This document shows positions 38,051 through 48,424 of a DNA stretch of 64,000 nt, piece after piece. Source of the DNA: Squalus acanthias (taxonomy: Eukaryota); the NCBI GenBank assembly GCA_030390025.1, contig CM059431.1, positions 135,410,001-135,474,000 of the forward strand, given 5' to 3'. The notes under the pieces were generated by a model. That model did not search any database. It worked only from the letters and a program-made list of their open reading frames with translations, and had not been told where the DNA came from. The stretch's first letter is position 1, and every line of letters starts with the position of its first letter. Both the position numbers and the translations under genes were made by a program.

Positions 38051-39270
38051 GGGCTAAAAATTCGTGGCCACCACGAGAGTTGCCTCGGGTTAACGGCCGC
38101 TGATAATGGACGAAGCACTACAAGAGAAAAATTCGCGCTGGGGCTAAAGGTATTTAGCCCAGCGCTAACTTACCGTGCAACGCCCTCCTGGTGTCATTAG
38201 TGCAGGCCTGGGAGTCGAAGTTGCCATCAAGAAGTGGCGTTCCAGCTTCTAACAGCCTCTGAAAGTGAGACAATAGAGTTTGCTAGGCATTGTGGGAAAT
38301 TAAAAGGGCAATGCATTAAAAGAATGCCTTCTGAACTAATAAAAATAAAAATGAAGTGAAAAAATGCAGTTTTCAGACCTTACTGCCTTTAAAAAAAAAT
38401 GAAAAGTCCCAAATGGGAGCCTTCAGCTCTTAAAGCTGAATTCCCTTCCGAACTTCCAAAAATGGAAAAAGTGCTTCAGCACTAACACAAATGGTTCAGC
38501 AAGCTAGGGAAGGGGCACCCAGGATCTCGCACGCAGCACTCCAGCTTTGTGCAGGGGGTCAAGACTGCAAGAGAAGTCCTCTAACCACAGGGGCCAGGTG
38601 GCCCGCTAGAAAGAAAAATGTGGGACCACATCACCGAGGCCATCACTTCCAACAGTGTTGCCCAACCACCTGGCTCCAGTGCCCAAAGAAGCTTCATGAC
38701 CTCAGACCACTGGTTAAGGTCAGTGAATGCATCTTCAAAAGCCACCTCCTACCAACTACACCACTAGCCTCACACACTGCTCAATGCACGACTCCCCCCG
38801 ACCCAACCAATCACTCACCTACCAACAATCTGTGCCAAACAGAAGGCACACCTCCCACTCCTAGCCTCATCTTACCCCCTTGGAGGAGACAGTGCTGGCT
38901 ATTCTTGGCAGGGGCATGGCTGAGATGCTGGTATCCTCATACGTTATCCTCCTTCTGGCATGCACCTCATGCTTTCCCACCCTCTCATCACCACAACTCC
39001 ACCCTTGTGCCTTCCTCATTTCACACACCCAAGAAAGGCAGCCTGCCCAGCCAGTGGTTGACCAAGAAAAGGAAGAGGAGAGTGAAGAAGAAGAAGAAAC
39101 ACCATCACTCGATTTGACACTCCCAGCCACCAGCTCCTCAAGGTCGACCAGCAAGGCGATTTGCTATGTCCCCCATTGAAAGTCAGCAGCCTTCCACCAG
39201 TCATGCTGCAGCCACTGGGATAGCACCACGTGACTGTAGGATAGGCAAAAGCAAACACAAAACAGTCGCT
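38051..39270 (+). mobile_element. Degenerate Harbinger arm with Myb/SANT ORF2 remnants
   Basis: gggctaaaaattc end; MVQQAREGAPRIS...TWLQCPKKLHDL; EEEETPSLDLTL homologous to the other ORF2 copies. Confidence 0.75.
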
Positions 39271-39274
39271 AAGG

Positions 39275-41117
39275 GAAGTTTTTCCAGAATTCCTTATTGG
39301 ATTTATTAGTAACTATCTTATATTTATGGAGCCTGGTTTTGGACTCCCCACAACTGGAAACATCTTCTCTACATCTGCCCTAACGAAACCTCAATCAGGT
39401 CACCTCTCAGTCTTTTCTTTTGTAGTGAAATGAGCCCCACCCTTTTTAAATAGTAGTACCCTCTCAGTTGAGGTATGATCCTGGTAAATATGTTTTTTAT
39501 TTTATCCAGTGCTTCTATTTCCTTTTTGTATTATGGAGATCAGAACTGTGCACAGTACTCTAAGGCAGAGATTTTGCGGGGTGTCAGCGGGCATGATCGG
39601 TGGCGGGACGGGTGGGAAAATGTTTTTTTTTGACAGCGGGTCGGCATCCCTACAATGCCCAAGCCATTCCTTTCACACTCACCACCATTGTGGGGGGTAC
39701 CGTTATGTCTCACCATTCACTGCAACTCACTAAGCCACTTCCAAAGGTGCACACAAATCTGTGCAAGAACGCAAAGTGTTGAAAATAAAGGTTGCAATGT
39801 TTGACACCACATTAACAGAAACTTTACATGAACATTGCATAAAACACTCAAGTGCCTACCCTTGTGTGTTGTTAGTTGGTATGATTGGACTAGGGTGAGG
39901 GTAAGTGTGAGGGGTGGCTAGTGAGATGGGGAAGTGATAATGTAGATAGAGAGGGATGGGTGGAGGTGCAAGGTAAGTTGGTGTGAGTAAGGATGTGCAG
40001 GAGTAGGGTAGGAAAGGCAGAGTGATGGGGATGTGATGAGTGGCACGGCAGGATGAGGTTGAGTGTAGATTTGTACTAACGTTTTGTGATCTACTGTGAT
40101 CATTGAAAGGTTTGCACCACTGCAGCCTGGTCCTCCTGACAACATCCCTGCTTGTGCCCTCCTGTGCAATGCGCAACCAGGCTGCAATGGTGTCCTGGGG
40201 AGGTCTCTTCCGCCCATGGGAAGGGAAGAGATCCTCCCTGCGTGCTGTGACTCCCTCCATAAGCCTATGGAGGGAATCATGGGAGAGCCTGGGTGCAGCC
40301 ATGCACCTCTGTGCAGTGCTCGTCAGTGTTTGCAGCACCTCAATGCTGTAGAACACTGACAGCACAACTGTCAAAATCAATTTACGCATGGTCCCTTTTA
40401 AGGAAACCAGCTGATGACGCGTCATCAAATTATGTCATCAGACCCGCTTCCTTCTATTGGCCGGCAAATGCACTGGGCGGGCTTAACAAACCCAATCATG
40501 GAAAATCATTTTGGTCAGCGGGTGGAGCCGGCAGTGAGGCCGGGACCTGCCACCGACCCGCCGAGGTTGGTAAAATCAAACCCTAAGTGTGGGCTAACCA
40601 AGGTTCTGTAACATGTTAACATAACTTTTCTGCTTTTCATAGAATCATAGAATGATACAGCACAAAAGGAGGCCAATCGGCCCATTGTGCCTGTGCCAGC
40701 TTTTAGAAAGAGCTATCCAAGTATCACAGAATCATAGAATGGTTACATCATGGAAGAAAGACATTCAGCCCATCGAGCCCGTGCCGACTCTCTGCAAGAG
40801 CAGTTCAGCTAGTCCCTCGCCCCCGCCCTTTCCCCGTAGCCCTGCAAATGTTATTCTTTCAGGTGCTTATCGAACTCCCTTTTGAAAGCTGTGATTGAGT
40901 CTGCCTCCACCATCCTTTCAGGCAGTGCATTCCAGATCCTAACCACTCGCTGCGTAAACAAGTTTTTCCTCATGTCGCCATTGTTTTTTTTGCCAATCAC
41001 CTTAAATCTGTGTCCTCTGGTTCTCGACCCTTCTGCCAATGGGAACAGTCTCTCTCTATCTACCCTGTCTAGACCCCTCATGATTTTGAATACCTCTATC
41101 AAATCTCCTCTCAATCT
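39275..41117 (-). mobile_element. CR1 fragments (several stacked 3' ends)
   Basis: RGDLIEVFKIMRG...IWNALP; two consecutive (catagaat) tails at 40638-40790. Confidence 0.85.
39564..40583. mobile_element. Non-autonomous Harbinger element with a Myb/SANT exon remnant
   Basis: TSD TAA (39561-39563 / 40584-40586); removing it restores CR1 gtactctaagtgtgg; minus frame APRLSHDSLHRLMEGV...W...RTRLQWCKPFND. Confidence 0.85.
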
Positions 41118-42816
41118 TGTAAGGGGTCACGGTACTGGTGCGAGGTGAGGCCTTCGTTGCCTATACTATTGCTTGCTCTGGTCTCCGGCCAGACTTTGGC
41201 AATAAGCACCTGTGAGTGGTTCGACCCACTCGCCCTTACGGTTCTGACACCTGGACTTAGATGCAAGGAGCAGTAATGCAGAGAAAGACTCAAATAGACC
41301 CGGTTGAATAGCACGAAATGAATGTCTTTATTGCATGGCGTCTAAAATCATGAAATACATGTCATAGGTGCAGATCAAAGAGAGAACAAGTATACACACG
41401 TTCATAAAACTTGGTCTATGGAAATGAGGAACACACGACACATCGAAAAAGGGGGAACACATTATACATTAACCTTAGAAAAACCACCCTCCCTCAATAT
41501 ACCTAAACTACGTCTGGATTTGTAGGATCGGAAAACATGCTCACCACTCGGCTCACTTCGGAAATGTAAAATGAGGCACTCAGCTCGTTTCGCTGCAGCG
41601 CCTGACTGTCACGTGGTTGTAAGGGTTTCTGCACCCCACTTGTTTACTCTCGCTGCCGCGAATGGGTCTACCTGGGACGGCCCTGGTAAAGTTCATCGCG
41701 GATGGCTCAGGCTACCCGCTCAAAGAGCCGGAGGGTAAGCCAGATTCCCTGATGTCATGAAGTGGTCTATGGATTCAGACCGGATCGTGGAGTAGTCCGT
41801 AGAATTCAAAGATGGATTCTGTCGTTATATCTTCGGGCGCGGTCGGGGTTTACTGACCGCGGCGGCACGTGGAATTTCTTCTCGTCTTGCTTCTTGTTTT
41901 TCTTCTTGTTACTCGGGCCTCTGGGTCCGGACACCGTTTACCGACGCTCGGGATGGTGTACCCTGTTACCTGCCCTGTCGAGGCGGCTCGTTCCGATTGA
42001 GCTCCACCCAACACTCGAATAACCGACCAGCACAGGCGAAGAGTCAAGAGCCAAGAGAGCCCGAGAGAGTCCAGCCCGAGAGAGAGAGCCCGATTCCTCT
42101 TTTCTCCGTAACTGACTGTAACTGCTTCATCTCCAACACGTAACTGTGTCTGTGTCTGTTTCAAAACTCACTCCCGATGAACATTTGTCCTCTATAGTTA
42201 TACTGTTTTGTCTGCCTTATCCCCCGCTCAAATCAAAGTGTTTATCCTTTGTGTGATTTTGGCGCCCAAAACTCCCAGCATGGGGTGATTATCTTCTTAA
42301 CGGGTTTCGGTATCACCTGAAACTGGCCAACTATCCGTTAATACCTTCTCCATTGTTGAGCCAGCCAGGATGTGTATGAATCGTCTCCTCGACTGGTTTT
42401 GGGGCCCCCCGAATACTGGCTTAATCACCCGCCAATGTCTCTCTCATTGTTGAGCCGGGGGGGTATTTGTGTGTTGATGTGTCTGGATGGGTTCTCGATG
42501 GCCCAGTTCAATGATCCTTACTGTGCGTATGAAACGATTCCAGCACTTATATCATTGCTATTGTCCAGGATGCAAACGGGTTGCATCCTGCCTTTTCAAT
42601 GTGTACCGAGTATGATCCGATCTCATACTGAATGTGTATTTGACGCCATCTTGTCTGCCCACTGTGTCTCTGGAAGCTTCTGCCACGATGCGCGGCGGCC
42701 ATTTTACAGACTTCTGTGTCCTTTATTATCAGGACAGCATTTCGTTTAATAAAAATGATCAATCGAATCTGCTTCTCTCATGTTATTTTGAATCGCGATA
42801 ATTGCGAAACTCTACA
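41118..42816 (-). repeat. Putative 3' LTR (~1.7 kb)
   Basis: On minus: PPT (42817-42829), then TGTAGAG...CCCTTACA abutting CR1 sequence; AATAAA at 41327-41332. There is no second LTR to confirm it. Confidence 0.65.
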
Positions 42817-43211
42817 GTCCCTCCTGTTGATGCGAATAACTCCGCTTATCGTATCAATTAAATGCTGGTGAGCAAATTATCCCGATTCTCCACATCCAAA
42901 CACTCCCGGTAATTAAACTATCTATGGCCTCCATGACACATGTAGTCCTCATTTCCCAGAGAAAACACACTGTCTATCTTGGACAAATCGTAGGCAGTAT
43001 TGCCTTTAACTTACACTGCGTATTCGCCTTCCAGTTGCAAAAGGCCGATGCCTCTCGCACTACCTGTATATGCATGTTTTATTACAAAAGGAAAAACAAT
43101 TAAACCCACTGTTTAAAAAATACAAAAGTTCCAAACTTAGTCACAAATACTTATAACTACAACAATTACAGAAACACACACGGTAAAATGGAGGGGCGTC
43201 ATCCTGGCAGT

Positions 43212-45564
43212 TTACACGGTACTTTCCTCGTTCACGCGCACGTAACGCTCTCTCCACTCCCCTGTGTTCTCCTGCCTCGTGAGGCGTTTGCCTCTTTTGC
43301 AGTGCACGAACAACAGGTACACTACAATTACAACTTGACATACTACCAAAATGTGGGAGGCTATCCTGATCCATGACGGGACTTCGATATTAGTGAACAG
43401 ATCCCACCACGGTGGGGTTACTATGTCCAATATCTCTGCCCCTATCTCTGCAGTTTTCTGTTCCAGGGTGTAAAAATGTTTCTGTGATACCATGACGGCT
43501 TTTAAAATCTTGGTGAGGTGTTCAGGGAGAGGGGGAATGATGTACCCGAAATGCGTGACGAATCGCTGCAAGTCTGTGAAATTCTCTTTTACAGTGAGGT
43601 GGACGGTAGATGGTTCAGGGATTGGGACAATTCGCTGTTGTGCCACTTGAACTTCAGCCCTGGGTTTAAAACAGAAACTGCTGTCACTCACCAGACACCG
43701 GCTGTGCTGTCCATGCTGGTAGTGTTGCGCTGCAGTGGTAACGCAATACGTTCCACCCCCTATGTATGCCACCTGTGGGGGCACATGATCTTGTGTCATT
43801 GCTTCCATGGTGCAATTCATGGGCTTCGCGCCAGCCGTTCTGAACCCGCATTGTGGTATTAAAAAGGCATTCAAGTGCTGGGGACACAGTATGATGTGTG
43901 CTCCCCTGCTACGACAACCCGAGAGGTCGGTACCTGTCATCGTTTGCTCCCAGCGAATGACGTAAGGTGGGACCGCTGCGTAGCGAATGTGGGCTCCCCC
44001 CTGAATGACTCCAATGTTCTCCACCCTGTACACCGGGGCGGGCTTTGCTGTGTCGCCCAACACCGGCATCCGTACTACTATACCCATGATAGTGTGATTT
44101 GACTGTCCGCAGTCCACTGGGACTGGGTATGCCTCTGAGACTAGCCTGAGCTGGCACGGGCTTAATGCGTTCTGAAAAGGGTGGAGCGCCTGCAGGTGTT
44201 TGTTGCTTATCCAGGACGGGACCGAACCTTGTTTTAAATCCTCCAAATTACTGCGGCCCTCGCCCAGTAACCACGCCCCGTATAGTACGCACACCTCGTT
44301 CTGCGCAGCTTGATCGGATGCATTTCGATCTTCCCTGATCAGGGCATTTACCGTTCTCGCATGTTTCTCCAGCTCTGCTATAATCTCTTTTAAGTGTAGT
44401 GTCATGGCCTGGTCCTCATGTAACTCAGACCCTACTACCTTGTTCTCGTTTGTGAGGATGCTTTTTAACTGTGTCTTTAAACCGTTGATCTGTGTCTGCA
44501 GGTCCACATTATCTAGAGCGTTGACCACAGATGTTCCCGTATTAAAAGCAGTGAACACATCGTTCACAGCACCCCTTCTTTGCCTCCCCACCTGACCCAA
44601 AACTTCGTGTGGTGTGGTGTATAAGCCTGTTTTGTCAACCTCTGCAAAATCAAACTCATAAAACTGCCTGAACATGTTTGTTCACAGGACCTGGTACAAT
44701 TTTTCCGTTTCTTTGGGGCACCACTCTGGTAAATGCACCTCGGTGAGATTTAGAATCACCGAGGCCACCGCGTAATGTACCCCCTGATACAGTATCTGTT
44801 CCGTTGGCACCAGTACCAGACCATTCCCGGGCCCCTTAGTGGTTTTAGGGCACCCTTCCTCCTGAGCCAATGCCACCGGAATCGTGGGCGGAGACTTGCG
44901 TGGGCGCGTGATGAGTTCAGTGGCGTTTACCGGGATCGGGGAGAATGGAGCTCCGCACCCCCGGGAGCTGACGTCCCACCTCATCCCTTTCCCGGCATCC
45001 TGCCACTGTTGTAGGAAAAATATGGATATACCCTTGGGGCAAACGTACGTCGATCCCCACATACAAACATATATTCCCTCATCCGGCTCCCACCATTTGT
45101 CCCAACAGACGCTCAATTGTCCGTTAGTCCCCGTAATTGTCCGATGGGTATTGTTACCCAATCGCTCCCACTCGACCGAGGAATTTCTCATAGTCTTGCT
45201 TAACTTCCATAACCACCACCATCGGCTCAATGGGCCGTTCCCATTGCACACCAAACAAATCCTTTTGCCGACGGTGACGCTGATTCTGGGTGCAACGATC
45301 TTCACCCTGGGACACAGTCAAAGAAGTCTCTTGGTACGCAAACCCGGATGCGCTGGAGTATTCCGTTGAATTCGTTCCCAGCCATCCCGGCCACCTTCCC
45401 TTGTGGAAATAAGTGGCGGTTTCCTCAGCGTTTCGCTCCCCGGTCCCATCCGTCGCGATGGGGGCCGTGTCCCTGGAGCAACCGAACACAACGACATCCT
45501 TGGTGAGGCCCCGATAGGCCAATCCACATCCGATCGTTGCGAGCACCACCAGAATCCTTTCCAT
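43212..45564 (-). pseudogene. env: Env: signal peptide, Ig domain, F2-like region, furin site, F1-like ectodomain, TM; 1 frameshift and 1 stop
   Basis: MERILVVLATIGCGLA; C..W..DEGIYVC; RQRR at 44574-44585, then GAVNDVFTAFNTG, a long heptad, a Cys-rich region, a second heptad, PWW and a hydrophobic TM. TGA at 44682-44684 is in frame; an acceptor-like ttttatctgatcacag lies 12 nt before the ATG. Confidence 0.88.
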
Positions 45565-45837
45565 ATCTCCTGGTTCCTGTGATCAGATAAAATGATGTAG
45601 CCAGCCTCCCAAGAGTCTCTGGCTTTTGTGAAGGGTGAGCGGGTCCCTTGACCTCGGCTCACGTACAAGACATGTATACTGGATAGACCTTAACTGTTCC
45701 TATCACTAACTCCCATCATTTTACCATTTACTTATGAAATTAAACTACAATCTTAACCTGATAATTAAAACACTATAAACTTAAACTTATCCTCCTAAAA
45801 TAACTGTACAGTGCCGCCCGTTCCCAGGGCGGCCTAG

Positions 45838-46834
45838 CTAAATCCTGAAAAGGCTGCCACGAGCTGTTTCCCGTGGCGGGGGGGCACTGACCCTTGTCTT
45901 TGATCTGCCGCAGCCTGTCGCTGCCGAGCGGGGACTGGGACCTCCCTGGGCTGCCTTGGACTTACGCCTGGGGGTGTACGAGGGATCTGGCCACAACTTC
46001 CTGGGCTGGGACGTCCGACTCGACCTGCGGAGGGCCACCTTGGGCAAGGTCTCCAGGGCCGACGGACCGGGGACCGGGACTTCCACCGTCACAGCCTGTG
46101 GTCCCACCACAGCTGCCGGCTCTGTCTCCCCTGGCTCCGCCCCCCTGGGCTCGGGATCTGCGGTTTCCGACTCCACCCTACTTGTTTCTCCAGTAGGTGG
46201 ATCTCCACTCACAATCCCTACCTCCCCTATGCTTGGGTCGAGGGCGGAACCTCCGTCCTAACCACCTCTCCGACCGGGTCACTAACTTGGTTGTGCCCTC
46301 CGAGCTCTTCCTCATCTGAATCCCAAGAAAAAGAAAAGATCCTACACTTCTCCAGAATGTCCTCTCCCCTCACGCAGGCTGCTTTACCGGCCTGTGTGCC
46401 CTGCGGTTCTACCCGGGGCTGAGAGTCCCCACTCGCAGGTTTGGCCCCTCCCCTAAGACAGGCCACCGCCCCTGCTTGTGCATTCTGTGTAATCTCGCCT
46501 GCTGGAGGCTGAAGATTTCTATTCTGTTTTAGTTTGGGCAACTCTGCTACCATGGCTTGCAACTGCAGGGTGGTGAATTCCCCCGGGGTTGTTGAGCAAA
46601 CCATCCCTCTGGCTTTGGATAGGGCTTGGGTCAGACCTTTTATCCTTTCCTCACAGGGCCCGTGGTTTAAATCCTCATACTCCCTGCTCCTGGCTACCCT
46701 GTAGCTGCCTTTATGTCTCTAAGCTGCCCTTCTAGCTCGTCTACTTTCCCCATTAAGCGGGCGTTCTCCTCCCGCAAGGCCTGCTCTTTTAACCTGGCCT
46801 CCTTACAGGAGGCCCCCTCCTGTGCGTGTCTTTC
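45838..46834 (-). pseudogene. Accessory ORF, paralogue of the Gag coiled-coil region, frameshifted
   Basis: 25/69 identical residues in an ungapped hand alignment to the element's own Gag; low-complexity C-terminal part ending LRRSSRTSQPRKLWPDPSY... Confidence 0.75.
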
Positions 46835-46870
46835 AAGGGGACACAGGTAGGCAAGCTGCACCGGTTCCAG

Positions 46871-48424
46871 TCAGAAGTCTGGGTTGTATGGGGCTGTTGC
46901 TACCTTCGCGTGTGAGGTCATGAGAGACCGCATGGCTCCTAACATGGACTCTATCGCATCGGGATGGATAGGCACACCAGCTCCTCTCTCAGAGACAGGC
47001 GTTTGGGCTCGGACTGCGGGAGCTTTTTCCCTGGAGTCCTTCCAGGGATTCCTACAGTTTTTGCGCCAGTGACCTGCCTTCCCGCACCCGTAACAAACAC
47101 TATTGGTTTGTGGGGCGCGATTTCCCTCCTGATGCCACTCTTTCTGAGCCGGAGCTGCGGGCTTTGCTTCATGCACTTTTCCCTTAAGGGGACGCGCTCC
47201 CGTGCTTCTAGTGTTCCGATACCCTATGGTGAGGTGACTCAGGACAGACTCCTCCGTTGTCTCGGGGTTGGTGGGATCAAACCACGCTCTGGCCTGCTCC
47301 CTGACGGCTGGCAAGCTGTTGGCCACTATGCACCTGAGCCAATGAGCTTTCCCGGCACCGTCCAGGTAGCGGCGCTCTGGCGCACCTGGGCATCTACGCT
47401 GGTATACTGGCCACAGTCTTTCGGCGAAAACCCGTGGGGGTTCTCCCTCTATCTGCACGGTCTGACCCAGTCTGACGAACGGACCTTCGTCATCCACCCC
47501 TAACACTTCTTGGACCTCGTCTCGTAAATCCCCATAGCCCTTAGCTCCCCTCTTGGTCTCGTCGGAGAGACACTGAAGGATTGAGCTATCTAAAGAGAAC
47601 AGCAACATCTTGGTCTTTTCCTCGTTGTCGCAGCCATTAATCGCTGCGGTCTGTTCTACTTCTCTAAAATGCACGGAAGGGTCTCCTGACTCGGACAGCT
47701 TCCGGACATGGCTGATCATTGCCCTCAGCTGCTGTGAGCTGTGGGGCACTACAAGTTGGTTCAGGATGTCCCCGTCTTCCCCATTGTTCCCATTCGGGCC
47801 TCGCTTATGACCTCGGACCGGACACATCGGTCCCGGTCTCGACACTACCTCCGGGGATTGTCCTACCTCGGGAACCTTCTTCTCTATTTCCACCACTTCC
47901 TCCCTTACCCAGGTTTCTGTATAGCTGGGTGGCGCGGAGGGCTTGGTGGTAGATACCACATCTGCTTTTCCCGGTAGGGATTTTGGGAATTCCCTACCTA
48001 CCTGTGGCTGGCTCGCTGATGGGCTGATGAGACACACCAAGCCGTTTGCCTTATTCAGGGCCTCTCTCAGGTTCTCTATCTCCCTCTGGCAAACACTGTG
48101 GTCGGCTCCCTCATGCCTATCCTCGAGAGCCATCTTGTATGCCACCCTAACTCCCCTCAAACTTTCTTCTTGGGCCTTTATCTGGTTAGCTAGGCGGATA
48201 CACCGTTCTTTAATCCTTCCCTCACTTAATTTTGCTTCCGTGACCTGACATTCTAAGTAATCGATCCTAGCCTCGTGGTGGTTGGCTATTATTTGGCGTT
48301 CCTGATGCAACGCATTCAGTGATACAATCAGTCTCTGTCCTCCCGTAACCTTTTCCTCCATCTCTGTTTCTAATTCTCTGATCTGAGCTGCCATGACCTG
48401 GTCCGAAAGTTGGACTTGCTTCTT
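46871..48424 (-). CDS. gag: Retroviral Gag (N-terminally truncated; open frame continuous with the Penelope RT fragment up to 49210)
   Basis: Coiled coil, PSAPPSY late domains, QIEGEPPRVFAERL MHR-like segment, CYGCGKAGHWRKNC knuckle, TGA stop. Confidence 0.88.
   Translation of the reverse strand, partial: KKQVQLSDQVMAAQIRELETEMEEKVTGGQRLIVSLNALHQERQIIANHHEARIDYLECQVTEAKLSEGRIKERCIRLANQIKAQEESLRGVRVAYKMALEDRHEGADHSVCQREIENLREALNKANGLVCLISPSASQPQVGREFPKSLPGKADVVSTTKPSAPPSYTETWVREEVVEIEKKVPEVGQSPEVVSRPGPMCPVRGHKRGPNGNNGEDGDILNQLVVPHSSQQLRAMISHVRKLSESGDPSVHFREVEQTAAINGCDNEEKTKMLLFSLDSSILQCLSDETKRGAKGYGDLRDEVQEVLGVDDEGPFVRLGQTVQIEGEPPRVFAERLWPVYQRRCPGAPERRYLDGAGKAHWLRCIVANSLPAVREQARAWFDPTNPETTEESVLSHLTIGYRNTRSTGARPLKGKVHEAKPAAPAQKEWHQEGNRAPQTNSVCYGCGKAGHWRKNCRNPWKDSREKAPAVRAQTPVSERGAGVPIHPDAIESMLGAMRSLMTSHAKVATAPYNPDF

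Larger units (their letters stand above)
41118..48424 (-). mobile_element. Endogenous retrovirus, lokiretrovirus-like, 5'-truncated and pol-less (gag - accessory ORF - env - 3' LTR)
   Basis: Gag with late domain, MHR-like segment and CCHC; class I fusion Env; PPT-like aacaggagggac followed by TGTA...TACA ends; no protease, RT or integrase motifs. Confidence 0.88.

Noticed and set aside
41618..41625. Alternative LTR end (tgtaaggg, same as 41118)
   Set aside because: Unique non-CR1 sequence and the AATAAA continue to 41118, where CR1 resumes. 41118 is preferred, although this is not proven.
42260..42269. TGGCGCCCAA resembling a tRNA-Lys primer-binding site
   Set aside because: It is on the strand opposite to the ERV genes, only 10 nt long, not preceded by an LTR CA end, and part of a small palindrome (ttttggcgcccaaaa).
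43212..45564. Co-opted intact env (syncytin-like) gene
   Set aside because: An in-frame stop at 44682 and a frameshift near 45310-45330 separate the signal peptide from the fusogen; the remaining 487-aa frame has no signal peptide.
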